Positions 12,574 through 25,079 of a stretch of 64,000 nucleotides of DNA are shown here, piece after piece. Each line of letters begins with the position of its first letter. Position 1 is the stretch's first letter. The notes under the pieces were generated by a model, which worked only from the letters and a program-made list of their open reading frames with translations, was not told the origin of the DNA and ran no database searches. Made by a program: the position numbers and the translations under genes. Source of the stretch: Alloascoidea hylecoeti (Eukaryota); NCBI GenBank assembly GCA_001600815.1, contig BCKZ01000001.1:1397389-1461388 (forward strand), in the 5' to 3' direction.

Positions 12574-13040
12574 TTATCACCTTCAAATTTGATATAAAAG
12601 TAAACTGATTTAATACAACAAATAGATTCTGACTAACGTCCAGCGCACGTGTACATGTACGTAGTTATAAGAATGGTAAGCTGTGTAAGGGTTAAGAGAT
12701 GATAATGTTTGAATCATAAATATAATAGTAATAAATAACCCGCTAGAATTAATGGTATACCCCGTAATAGTATTATTATTCTGATAATTTTCATCATGAA
12801 GGGGTTGATTAGAATTGAGTTCAGAGATCACATTATAAGATGAAGTTTACATTTTTAGCAAATTAACAAATTAAAGACTAGCTAAACATACTACAGAAGT
12901 TGATATTGTCAAGAAATAATTCCCAGTGGAGGCATTCAAACTTCCAAAAGATGGCAAGATATTAAATATTACGTTTAAAGAAGTGATCAAGTTGATGGTG
13001 TTATCGAGATTAGTGACTTGATTGTTTACGCAGAAAATTG

Positions 13041-13060
13041 AAAAAAAAAAAAAAAAAAAA
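13041..13060 (+). repeat. Poly(A)20 tract
   Basis: 20 consecutive A residues. Confidence 0.9.
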
Positions 13061-13314
13061 TTGTCGGTAAGTAATTACAAGTATATATCATAAAAAGTTA
13101 TTGGATTGTTTGAAATTGGTTATAAATGCATGATAAGATGACGCTGTTGAGAATAATTTATTTTTTGTATAGAGAGAATATAAAATTTTGAAACAATGCA
13201 ATAAAGCACTCACTTTCGTGGCCTCAAAATACTTAATATAAGTTAAGAATGATTATGCTCCATGTAATTATCCATTGGAAGTGATTTCAACAGTTTATGT
13301 GAATACCGCTTCAG

Positions 13315-14333
13315 TTATTTAAACCCCCAAAATATAACTTTGACAGCAATAGCAAATCCAACATGAGCAATTGCACCAATAATAACAAGCCCCAATATTA
13401 CTTTCTTACCATTTGGTAAATCTTGACAACCTAATTCTAAATCTTTATATAGATTTTTAAAAATAAAAGTACCTGAAATTGCATTACCGATAAAGATAAT
13501 TATCCAAGTTAAGATATTTAAAATTAAATTATGTTTATTACCCAAGAAAAATAGAGGCAAAATTGATAAAATAATTGAAACAAATATCAACACTGTATTT
13601 GAATAGCCATATAATGAAATAAAAAAGACAGCAGAAGGGGCACTTGAGATTTTAAAATAAAAATTTGTTAATAAATATAAAACAATTGGTGTTATTAACG
13701 TGTAAGAAAATAATAAACCAGCACTTGATGATAATAATTTAAAATCATAATTATATTTCTCAGATCCACTTTGTTGAAACATTCCAATTAACGTCGTTGC
13801 AAAAAATAATATAAATACAACTGTTGAAGTTATCCAAATTGGACCATATAAATCTGGCCTTTGATTGACAACATCTCCAAATGTTTCCTTTGATGTAACG
13901 TTTAAAGCTTCAATTGATCGTTTTATAAAATCATCTGTATCAAGATCAAAAAAGCTACGGTAATAAATTACTGAAAATATAGAAGCATTTGAATTGTCTT
14001 TGGGAGAAGTGGTGACATTGGTGGCAATATTGCCAGTTACTGGAGCAGAATAATTAGAATTGATGAAGTCATTTGAGCTACCAGTATTATCAAATTCAGG
14101 GGGCACGTATGGTTGATGTCCTGAGACAGATTTATCTATATAATCATTAGTGAAAGATTCCCTTTGGATGAGTATGAAAATATTTACTTTTGGCTGGCTC
14201 ATCTCCCCATAATGTTGACTGACTCCCAAAAAACATAGATGGTTAGTTTTGAAATAAATATGTAAATGGACATAAATAAAAGAATTCATACATCGTCGGG
14301 TTCGACTAGTGCGTCATAATGGCTTGTAGACAT
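13315..14333 (-). CDS. YIP5: Yip1-domain Golgi membrane protein (YIP5/YIPF1-like), 3 exons (14333-14292, 14218-14188, 14135-13315)
   Basis: Motifs YYRSFFDLDT, PDLYGPIWI and SLYGYSN with 5 TM segments. Introns GTATGA..AACTAAC..CAG and GTAAAT..CACTAAT..TAG give the N-terminus MSTSHYDALVEPDDSTLWGDEPAKNKS. Confidence 0.8.
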
Positions 14334-14447
14334 GATTTCTTAGAATGAGGACGAGGAAGTTGGTGAAGCTGAAGTTTGGAGGTGAGTAGCTACACGTATA
14401 ATTATAGCAATCGAAAATCTGCTTTTCCACAACACACAACACAAACC

Positions 14448-15115
14448 ATGTTTTCAAACCTTCAGCGAATTCAGACTGTTTCAGGCCATGCGACGACAGC
14501 AGTGATGTGTTTGATCGGCCTGATCACCGTATCTTTTGGGCTGCAATTGGCTTTCGATGGGGCGTTCACCGTCCCGAACACTTTTGGAAGAGTTAAACCG
14601 TATGTTTCATTCGGTTTCATACGTGTTCATTTTTAACATTTTTTATTCATATTTCATCTAGTGTCACCTCCGTCAAATTCAGCCGTCGGTTTGGATCAAG
14701 AGACGGGAAACAGAAGGAAAATAGTCGGCTGACTTTTGACCTAGAAACAGATTTATCCCCTCTGTTTAATTGGAATACTAAACAGGTTTTCGTTTATCTC
14801 ACAGCTGAATATCAAGGTGATCAATTCTCTGAGAACAAGGTGGTTTATTGGGATAAAATTATTGAAAGCAAAGATGATGCCAAATTGGTCCTCAAAAGAC
14901 AAAGAAGCAAATATTCGATATATGATTATGATTCAATACTTGCGTAAGTAATATTTTCATAGATCACTAGTACTATTTTAAATTAACTTCTTGAATATAG
15001 TGGAAAAGATGCCACATTGAAACTTGAGTGGAATATTCAACCATGGGTAGGTCCTTTAGTGTGGGGTTCAACAACTGCTGAAAAGATATTTACTTATCCT
15101 TCTGTTTTACCTTAA
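14448..15115 (+). CDS. SPC3: Signal peptidase complex subunit SPC22/23, 3 exons (14448-14599, 14662-14943, 15001-15115)
   Basis: Spliced product contains FDLETDLSPLFNWNTKQVFVYLTAEY, VVYWDKII and LEWNIQPWVGPL. Confidence 0.95.
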
Positions 15116-15351
15116 CAATTGTAATTAGTTATTTATCATTATAATAATTATATTTATACGTGATTGAGTGTCACATTAATGCTATGTATATTTCTTAACA
15201 TCTATTTACACACTTCTTGCTTTATAACCATTACAAATGTTGATAATATTAATAGAATCTATAAAGTGATTATGAATTATGTGAGAAATATTATTTGTAT
15301 GTACAGATTAATATTTTCGATTTTTGTATTTGTATTTTGTGTTTATTTTAT

Positions 15352-18300
15352 TCAATTCTTTTGCGAACCAGGAGGAATATTCCACATTAAATAATTTGGA
15401 ACACTTTCACCAATGCTTTCTTTATATTCTGCTTCTTCAATCATTTCTTCTCGTTTTTTAAACGCTTTTAATACCCCTGGATATTTCCTTCGTAATTTTT
15501 CCATTGTTCTCATTCCTTCTCCTCGATCCTGTTTAAATTCCATATAACGATCAAATGCTTTTCTTAATTTATCAAATGAAACATAACTTAAATAAAAAAA
15601 AGGTCTGGGTAATAATTCTGTTAGTTCTGCATTTTCTCTTTCTTCTTTTCTTATTAATCTTAATCTAATAAATCCACCAATTAATAGTTCTTCCGTTAAC
15701 ATTAAAGCATCTTCAATTGATGTTGTATCAGTTGAAAGTAATTGAACAACTTCATTCATAACTGAATTTGTAAATTGAAATCCACTTTTCCTTAATGATA
15801 ATAATAATGGTGTTATTTCATTAAATTTATTATAATTTGCTAGTTGTTTGAATTTATAAGTCAATATACCATTTAATGACATTCTATATTTTGAAGGACA
15901 TATTAGTTTATTAACTCCAACATTTTTATCATAACTAGTATTTTCATGTGGTATATATTTTCTTTTTAATATACTCAGCAACTTATCAAAAGCTGTTTCA
16001 ACATTTTCCCAGTCATTTGCTTCACCATAATACGAAATTAACGTTTGCAACATTATAATTGTATTTGTTGGAGTTGTTCTATTATGATCATTCTTTGATG
16101 ATAAAGACCTTAAATTTGAACTTTTCTCATAAATGTCAATCAATTCCCTTGCTTCATTGAATTGTCCTGATTTAGAAAGTCCTTTGATTAATTCAGAAAA
16201 TAAAAGTGGTGAATATTGTGGAGTTAAAACTTCTCCACCATTATCTTCTTTCTTCTTTTGATCTAATAATGTTTTTAATAAAGCAATTGATGAATTAAGA
16301 TCAGATTTTGTTCTGATATTTAATTTTGTTTGTGCTTTTATTAATAAAGCATCACATCGATAATCGGGTTTAATACCTGCTTTTAACATCTTACCATAAA
16401 GTTCAATAACTTTTATATATTTTATATTATGGCAATAGTATTTTAATAGATAATAATATTGGGTTGCTGTTGCCTTTACTGTTGATTTTTTCTTAGACAT
16501 ACTATTTATCATTTCTTCCGCTTCTTCAACTGATTGAGTTTCAATTAAAAGATTGATTAATTCAGCATATAATGTTTTATCTGGTAAAACTCCATATGAT
16601 TCCATTTCATTTAATATAATACTTGCACCATTTGGGTTTTTTAATCCGGCGTACATTGTTGTTAAAATTGTAAACGTTTCAATACCAGGTGTTATATTTT
16701 CATGTATCATAAACTTATAAACATAACCAATTTTTTCATATTGTTGAGCATCTCTATATGTTGTCATCAATGTATTACAGCAATAGGCATCTGGTTGAAT
16801 ACCATATCTGATCATCCAATTAAATATTAACTCTGCTGTTAAATAATCTTTAGTTTTTGCACAACAATCTATAACTGTTGTGAAATTTCTAACATCAACT
16901 CTATATTTTTTTATAATTAATCGATTCAATAACATAATTGATGCTTCAGTATCACTTTGTAGTCTAAAGATCTCTAAAATCAACGAAAAGCAACTTATAT
17001 CTGGTTGAACTTTATAATTAATCATTTTTTCAAACCATTTTAATGCCGTTTCAGGTTCATTATTATGATAATAGGCTCTTATAACTGCTTCAAAAATAGC
17101 TTTATTTGGTGCCATTTTTCTTTCTAAAACTTGATTCCATAAAGCATTAACTAAATCCAAATTCTTATTTTTAGCTAAAGCATTCATAACAATTGAATAA
17201 TGTAGTAAATTTGGTAATTCTCCTTTTCCAAATAATCCTTCAAAAGTTTGTTGCATATTATTCCAATCATAAATTTTACCATATGCTGATATTAATGGAT
17301 CGAATTGTCTATCTTCATGTAAATTTGGGAACCTTCGATATAATGCTAATGCTTTTTTAGGTTCATTAATTTTAATATACGCTCTCATAACACAGGTTAA
17401 ATCTCTTTTTTCTCTATACTCATCTTTTTGAAGCATCCATATTTTTATAACAGTCCTCCAATCTCTTAAAGTCTCGAGGTATCCAAGTATGGCAGCAGAT
17501 GCCATTTGATTTGAAAAAATAATAGCTGTATTTACACTTGTTGTATTACTCTCATTGAGGTTTTTGGGCCTTATAAATCTTCTTAATAGTGAGATTGGAT
17601 GATTTGATGATTGTAAAATTTTTAATAATAATCTTTGTTCTTTAGTATTAGGAAATGTGGATTCTAAAAAAGCAGCGCTACCATGGATTTTCAAGACTGT
17701 TGAAAGCCATAGCTTTAATAATAATTCCGCATTGTCGATGCTATTTTTATTGATATTTTCAGATTTTATCAAGTACTCAATACTTGATGACAGGATATTT
17801 ATTGTAAGTATTTTACCTTTGGTTTTAATTGTATTTGTAATTAATGATTCAAGTTCTTTTAAGATTCTTTCTTCATTGTTTATGGCGATGGTGTTATTCT
17901 CATCATGTTCAATGGTTTTATTATATTTATCTGAGTGTATGATGGATAATACTTTAAATTTAGCATTATCGAGGGTTATATTATGTTGTTGTTCAAAGTT
18001 AACATCAAAATATAATTTGCTTATAAATTTAATTGATAATTCACTTTTATTTGAAAATATGAAATGTGCTATTTTGTCTCTTATTATGTTTTTGTTTTTA
18101 TAATTCCCAAGTAATAAACTTTCGGAATAATTCCATATTCTGATTAATTCAAGTATTGCATCATTTGTAGGCTGTCCTTGTAGAATTATATCTAATCGTT
18201 TAAGAATTTTTGATAATTCTGTAGATAAATTGGCATCTAAGCGGTTACTCATATTGTCTTGAATTTCATGATTAGATTTAGAGGAAAATGATCGAATTTG

Positions 18301-18546
18301 ATGATGGTGTGGTTGGGGATATTGATGATATCGTAAAAAAGAATGAAAAGTACGCTCCTTTACTACTTTATGAGACAAAAGTATATCTGTTTGTTTATCT
18401 ATTGATTTTCTGAATTGTATTCTATTTTTGATATAGTTAAATTTTATTTTGTTCCGAGTACCAATTGACAATTTAGTATAGAGTAACCCATCTTTTTGAA
18501 ATCGTACGATCGTCTCGAACGTATTTAATACTTTATGGGTGTTCAT
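15352..18546 (-). CDS. PET309: Mitochondrial pentatricopeptide-repeat protein, PET309-like COX1 mRNA translation factor
   Basis: Tandem ~35-aa PPR repeats; the segment MQQTFEGLFGKGELPNLLHYSIVM resembles Pet309; size about 1000 aa. Start codon uncertain. Confidence 0.75.
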   Translation of the reverse strand: MNTHKVLNTFETIVRFQKDGLLYTKLSIGTRNKIKFNYIKNRIQFRKSIDKQTDILLSHKVVKERTFHSFLRYHQYPQPHHHQIRSFSSKSNHEIQDNMSNRLDANLSTELSKILKRLDIILQGQPTNDAILELIRIWNYSESLLLGNYKNKNIIRDKIAHFIFSNKSELSIKFISKLYFDVNFEQQHNITLDNAKFKVLSIIHSDKYNKTIEHDENNTIAINNEERILKELESLITNTIKTKGKILTINILSSSIEYLIKSENINKNSIDNAELLLKLWLSTVLKIHGSAAFLESTFPNTKEQRLLLKILQSSNHPISLLRRFIRPKNLNESNTTSVNTAIIFSNQMASAAILGYLETLRDWRTVIKIWMLQKDEYREKRDLTCVMRAYIKINEPKKALALYRRFPNLHEDRQFDPLISAYGKIYDWNNMQQTFEGLFGKGELPNLLHYSIVMNALAKNKNLDLVNALWNQVLERKMAPNKAIFEAVIRAYYHNNEPETALKWFEKMINYKVQPDISCFSLILEIFRLQSDTEASIMLLNRLIIKKYRVDVRNFTTVIDCCAKTKDYLTAELIFNWMIRYGIQPDAYCCNTLMTTYRDAQQYEKIGYVYKFMIHENITPGIETFTILTTMYAGLKNPNGASIILNEMESYGVLPDKTLYAELINLLIETQSVEEAEEMINSMSKKKSTVKATATQYYYLLKYYCHNIKYIKVIELYGKMLKAGIKPDYRCDALLIKAQTKLNIRTKSDLNSSIALLKTLLDQKKKEDNGGEVLTPQYSPLLFSELIKGLSKSGQFNEARELIDIYEKSSNLRSLSSKNDHNRTTPTNTIIMLQTLISYYGEANDWENVETAFDKLLSILKRKYIPHENTSYDKNVGVNKLICPSKYRMSLNGILTYKFKQLANYNKFNEITPLLLSLRKSGFQFTNSVMNEVVQLLSTDTTSIEDALMLTEELLIGGFIRLRLIRKEERENAELTELLPRPFFYLSYVSFDKLRKAFDRYMEFKQDRGEGMRTMEKLRRKYPGVLKAFKKREEMIEEAEYKESIGESVPNYLMWNIPPGSQKN

Positions 18547-19084
18547 ATAAAAAACAGCTCTCTTTTTTTTAAAAGCAAATATCTGAAGTATTAATATTGT
18601 TTTCCGTGAGACCTATATATTAATATTTTGGTTATAGATACGTATACCGAGTACAATTGGAGTTTAAAATTTTGGATTCTGTTTCAAGTTTAATTGTTTC
18701 CATTTAAATACTTAATTAACAATTGCAATGTTTATAAAATCTTGATGGTATTAATTTAAGTGGATATAGTTATTGACTGAAAAATAACAATAACTTCCCC
18801 TTCTTTTAGTTGTTTCCCTCCTATCAGTTATTGTCTCTTTTAATGCAAATTTTCTCGAAATAAACCTCAGATATTCCTTGAAATTTCTTCAAACTTTTGG
18901 CAATAAATTTATAATTTAGACACCAGCATCTGAGATCAAAAAATTAAACAACAAAATGGTGGAAAATTTGAAAATCGTTGTTTATGTAATCACATCACGT
19001 GGTATATTATATGAAATTTAAAACTCCTTCAAAAAATTTCTTTTCTTCAAGTAAAAATTAATATTAGAATAAAAATCAATAAAA

Positions 19085-19768
19085 ATGGCAATAGAAAATC
19101 ACAAAACTGGATTTAAGGGAAAGTCTCAGGGCTTTAATCATAAACGTCCGCATAATAATTATCAGCCCAGCCATAAACGTGGTTTTAGAGATAAAAAAGG
19201 TTATGGTGGAGGCATCACTTTATATGATCAAAAGAGTGAGTGTTTTTAAAAAAATATTTTTAGTTGAATTTTGTTTGAGTTACTAATACGTTAAATAGAG
19301 GAGGCCATTAGAAAGGCAATCAGTCACAAAAAAAATCTTGATAGATCGCTTCAGAAACTATTAAAAAGGGAAGGAATTGAGATACCTAATAAATCAACAA
19401 ATGATTATAAAAAAAACGACAACACCGATAATGATAATGAGTATAAACAAAATTCACCAAAAAGGAGGACTTTTCCTGAAAGTATAGAATACAAAGATAG
19501 TAAAGAGTTCAAAGAAGGGCTTAAGCATTCAAATTCAAAAGGAAATCGATTCAGCAAAATTGAAAGAGCACAAAATATAAAGGAAGAAAAACGGAAAAGT
19601 AGGGAAGAAAAAGAAGCAATGTTTGAAGAGAAGAGAAAAGAATATGCGATAAAAGAAAAGGAAAGAAAACGAATTAATAAACGTCTTTCACAAAGAACAA
19701 AATCTGGTCAACCAAAAATGGGTCCTAGAATTAATCAATTGTTAAGTAAAATTAAAGAAGACTTATAA
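19085..19768 (+). CDS. FYV7: rRNA-processing protein FYV7, 2 exons (19085-19235, 19299-19768); absent from the ORF track
   Basis: Intron GTGAGT..TACTAAT..TAG. Product has AIRKAISHKKNL...KLLKREG and the C-terminal signature RTKSGQPKMGPRINQLLSKIK. Confidence 0.88.
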
Positions 19769-19869
19769 ATAATAAATCTATCTTAATTCTTCAGATTGTA
19801 ATTGAAATCGGCGCTAAGGTTATAATTTCTCATCACTTTTATATTAACACTATGTATCTCATTAATTTC

Positions 19870-22800
19870 TTATAAAGCAATGGAATTAATTCTATCATTA
19901 ACCCAGACACTATCATCCCAGGTGGCCCTATTATCTGTATCAATAACATTCTTATCATTATGACTTTCTGTAAAGGTATTTGGAACATAATCCAATTCCC
20001 AAAAATGCAAACCATCCTCTTCTTTTAATTTTGACCTGTCGTTTTCTTTAAAATCAAAAAACTCATCACTTGAAAGCAATGTATATCCAATAACATCACC
20101 TCCTAGCCCACATGAAACAAATCTATGTTCCGCGAGTGAATTCATGGTTGTATCCGCAGCTTTAGTAACCGAGAGATGCTGATTTAATTCTTTTTTATTC
20201 TCCATTAGCCATGGTGGGATAAAACAACCTATTTTAACTTTTGGGACAGAAGGTATACGAACTGAAAAAAGACATGGAACAACAGTTCTAATTGTCTCAT
20301 GTATGCCATTTCTATCACCTGGTGTTCCCAACCCAATAATAAACCCATCTTTATCTGCCAATGCAATAACATTATCATTTACTGGGACACTATTCACTAA
20401 TTTTCTTGATAATCGATCCCTAAAGAAATGTCAATATTTTGTTAGATTAATATTATCGCAATTATTAATAATAGTGATATACATACCCATATATTTTGAA
20501 GTCATAGTCTTCAACTTCACCATCACCGAAATCAATTACTCTTAACGAATGATATATTGTAGAAACATAGAGTTCATTATTTCTAGGTGTAATCGATGAT
20601 ACAATACTTCTCATATCATAACTAATGAACTCCCGTTTAATTCTATAATTCATACCTTGTGGTTAGTTCAATTATAATTTTGAATAAAATAACGCCCTAT
20701 CCAAGAAGCAAACAAACATAGATTATGTAGACTTACTTTCTGCTTTCTAAATCGAGATTTCTTTTCATAACATGTTGGCCAGATGAATGAACAAATGACC
20801 TAATTATCAATTACCAAAAAGATTAGTAGGCATATAGATAACTGTTTAACAAGATAATATGCTTACGATTCTTTGAATTGAGATATTGCCAAAACTGAAT
20901 TATTTGTATCCCAAAGAGCTGCTTTCCAGACAATTAATTCACCAAGTGGTGATGTTTTAAGTCTCAATGCATAAATTCTTCCTTTATATACATCTCTGTC
21001 GCTTTCACAGCCGACCAGTAATTGGCAATACTTTTTACCGTTAGAGCTAACAACCCAATCTAAAATATTGTTAAGTTATAATTATAAGATTCTTCTCTAG
21101 ATATTCATTAAACAAGAGTTTAATTTAAAAAAGAAAATGCATACCTGCAAGAGAAATAGGTTCATCGCATTGCTCAAATATTGGAGTTTTAGTGTCGAAA
21201 TCTAATAAAATATTTGCAGACACTCTCGATCCTCTTTATATAATTTTAAGTTAGTATTATCACCATTTCCTATTTTTATATCCTTTTCTATATATATACC
21301 TTTTAGGATCTACAAAACATAAATGTTGAGGCCCTTCTTTAGATGTGTTTGATTTTTTGCAGGTTATTGCAAATACACCATAATATGATAAATAAATTAA
21401 TTTTCTTGGAGTCTAGATGAACCAAATTTTAATGTTAGTAATGATCCGTAATTAACTTTCATTCTTATTTATAAAAAAACTCATACCGATCCAATTTTTA
21501 TCCTTTTAAGACAAACAGAGAGGAATTGATTTAATCTTACGATTAAAAATCCATTATCTCTAATCATAACAATGTAATTTTTAATAGAATCATACAATTG
21601 AAAGTCTGATACTGGATCAAAATTGAATTTGATTATTGATGCGGAAATGACTGAATGATCGTTACCTTCAACAATAACACGTTTTGGATAATTTTCATAT
21701 TTATCTAATGATAATTGCCAGGTACCTTGAGAAACTAATAGAATACTTTTATCCTTTTTAGGGTTTGAAGCTGATGGTATCAAGTTAAAGGAAACAGGCA
21801 TATTTGATAGTCTTATTGTTTTAATATCAAATAGTTGGATTTTACCATTGTTTGATACAAGTTTGGATTTAATATATGATCCATCGCGTAATGCTATAAA
21901 TAAACAATTCATGTCTCCGGCCTTAGCGAAAATAATATCATTTGGAACTGGGGTTTCAGATTCAGCTATTTCATTGACTTTGACAAGTAATAGAGTGGGT
22001 TAGTGGAAGGGATTCATTTTATATATGAAATGTACCGGTAATGTGTTTCTGAATACGTACCTTTAATTGATTGAAATTTTCTTAATTCCTTATCATCGGA
22101 CAATGAATAGAAGGTTAAATATGAATAACTACCAATGACGACTATTACCTGAGAGCAGCTGAAAATTCGTTAGCTATGCAAAATCTATTGTAAGTATTTT
22201 ATTTCATTTTTTAAAATATGAACATACATTTCAAGAAATTTTATGAAAGTAACCTCTATATCTTCGCAATGTATTTCTGATACTTGTTGTACACAATTTT
22301 CATCTAATGGTGTATCTTCATCGATTGGTACCACAACTTTAAAAATTTGAATATAATATTCACTCCTTAACATATCTTCATTGAATTTTTTCAGTATTAT
22401 CGCAATGGTATTTTGATGAATATCAGCTTCAATGATATCTAACATTTCAATTCTTAATTGGGTTCCTTGAAAATCCGTTATACAAACTGAATTACTGGTG
22501 ATTTGTATACAAGCATCGATATCAGTCATTGGGGATATAGCATAAGTTGTTGATCCAAAGTCTAAACCACAATCATCTTCCAAATCAATCATTTTCTGCA
22601 TAGATTGTGTTTCTTTTTTTAAATGATTTATATTAATAATAGCACCAGTTGTACTAAATCCTTGTGAGAAAATCACATAACAATTTGATGATAGTGTAAT
22701 AAAACAAAATATTTTGTTTGTATCCTTAAGCCTCGAAGCATAAACCTTTTCCCCTTTAAATCCAGTTCTTAAATTAATTAAGCTGCCTTTATCACCATAT

Positions 22801-24741
22801 CCTGATATTAACCAAAGCTCATCACTTGAATAACCTGAAAATCCTGTTTTCGGATCATTTGAATGGATTATACTTGTATTAATACAGTCGAAATCTTGCA
22901 CGGGAGCCCAATTTTCATATTTATCAAGTATTATTAAATCTTCATCAACTACGACCGATCTTTCAAAATGCTTTGTGAATAGATTTGATAATGGAGTAGG
23001 CTTTAATACTTTACTTATCAATAATGATTTACCTTCAATTGTGTCACCTCCGTAAATTATATTGTATGCTCCGCTATTATCATATCGCTCAAATATAAGT
23101 GCACATCCTAAACTATGATATGAAATTCGAGTTATTGGAATAACTGATAATTCATGTGCTTTAACAACAATCGAATAAATCATGCCAGTAATGGTCGACA
23201 TATAAAATTGATCTATTATACCTTTGCTAGATTTGAGCATTGAATTGTTATTTTCTTTTGTAGGTTTATAATATGTTAATGGGAATGAAGGAAACGGAAC
23301 GGGATTTTGATTTAAAAATTCAAGCGAACCAGACATTATATGGTGAGCATTGATTGAAAATAGTTCATCTTCCATCACTAAAACAACTCCATTATCTTTT
23401 GTTGGTACTGTTAATATTGGAAGCTTAAAACTTGATGGAAGTGGTAATGGAGGATAAATATAAGATTTACTAAATGGTTGATCAGCCCAAAAGTTTAATA
23501 AAGAGCATCGATATTTTCCATTGGAAGTAATAGATAAAATGAATAACATCACATAATGCTCATTATAATCCTTATTTCCTTTTGATTCTGTAAATGGATA
23601 AAAAAAACAGGTGAATAATATAATTCCATCCATTTTAAAGTTTCTAAATGTTGTTAATTGAGTGACATTATTTGTTGATGAACTTTTCTTTAGTTTATAA
23701 ATTCTGAGCCAACTTTTACTGGCGGATATTGCAACTGCTCTTGATAATGGATCAACGCATATATCTGAACCTAATGATGTATTGCGGGGATATTCCCTAT
23801 TTGAAAATAACTGATGATGTTGAACTATTCTTGGAACAATTGTTGCATTTTCAACTAATCTATCAATAGAATATTCATCTGAATCGTCTGGAAATTCCAT
23901 GTCAAGAAATAGTTGAACTATAATCAGCATTCCTGAACATAAAGATAAAAGTAAACTATCTTCTTCATCAATTGACTCAATGGATGTGTTTTGATTTGGA
24001 TCAATTGAGGTCTTTCCTGGTATTAAAGTTGCATTCCTTAATGGCGAAGGTAACAGCATTGTATTCCCATCCATTGTAATTGATGTTTCACGTATAATTA
24101 CTAAAACTTCTCTATACCGTGGTTGAAATGGAAGACGATAATTATATGAAGAAGACTCATGGTCATCATTTGAAATTGGTTTATTACTGTCAGTTTTGTG
24201 GTCCTCCGAAGGTGAATAAGTATTCTCTATATCGGTATCTTTTTCTTCCATTGGGTATCTAAAATCGGGCTTTTTAGTTGTCATTTCAGCTTCTAAAGCT
24301 GTAAGATCTTTATCAAAATCCTCTTCTATTTCAAAGTTGATATCTTGATCGAAATTTTGACTATTCTCACCATAATCATCCATCTGCGTATCGTTTATGC
24401 CTATAATTAATTCGTTAGAAATCATTAAAATGGGCACGCGGAATCATCAAATATTTACCTTCATCGTCATTCCACATACTACCACTATCTGGCACCAGAC
24501 TTTCGGAAATTCCATCACCCTCTGTACCACTGTTTCTCTTTATTAAATCTTTCAATGAATTGAGGGTTCTAGAGAATGGAACTCTGACATGGAAAATATA
24601 TTTAATTATTGGACTAGGAATAAGAGTCTGTTTGTGAACTCCATAATAATCATGATTCTTTTCCGGTCGAGTAAATCCATTTTCTGAATTTCCTAGCTGA
24701 TCCAAAGGAACTGACTCTGCAGAATTATCAGCTAATGACAT
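19870..24741 (-). CDS. MMS1: MMS1-like DDB1/CPSF-A family beta-propeller protein, 10 exons
   Basis: Nine introns join the ORF fragments in frame: 24458-24401, 22227-22159, 22060-21978, 21486-21413, 21299-21234, 21144-21060, 20866-20800, 20736-20643, 20486-20420. Motifs QTLIPSPIIKYI, LGSDICVDPLSRAVAISA, ENWAPVQDF and GSTPRKLIY. Confidence 0.8.
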
Positions 24742-25079
24742 TTGTATCTCTGATGCTAATTGTTTTATGATTTATTCAAATGTTATATTCTTATTTCTTA
24801 GTTATTATGATTCGAATCCAATGGGCGGGTAAGCTCTCAATATAATTTTAGGAGTTTTAAAACGGTTGCAATCTTATCAGATCATCGAAAACATTGGATT
24901 TCTTTATCGTCTCGATTGACTAGCTAGAACATGGTTATTTTTATATGTATAATTATATTTATTTATTATATACCGTATACACAAAACCAATAATATCTAT
25001 AATCATATAATCTTCATATTACATAAGACACAAAAATGGCAAAAACTAAGAAGGTCAGTTATATACAAACAGATGAGAC

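Noticed and set aside
12890..13060. Short coding-like stretch ending in poly(A), a possible retroposed fragment
   Set aside because: No target-site duplication or recognisable parent; a simple A-run expansion is sufficient.
24401..24458. Apparent frameshift between overlapping MMS1 ORFs
   Set aside because: Explained by a 58-nt GTAAAT..TTCTAAC..TAG intron.
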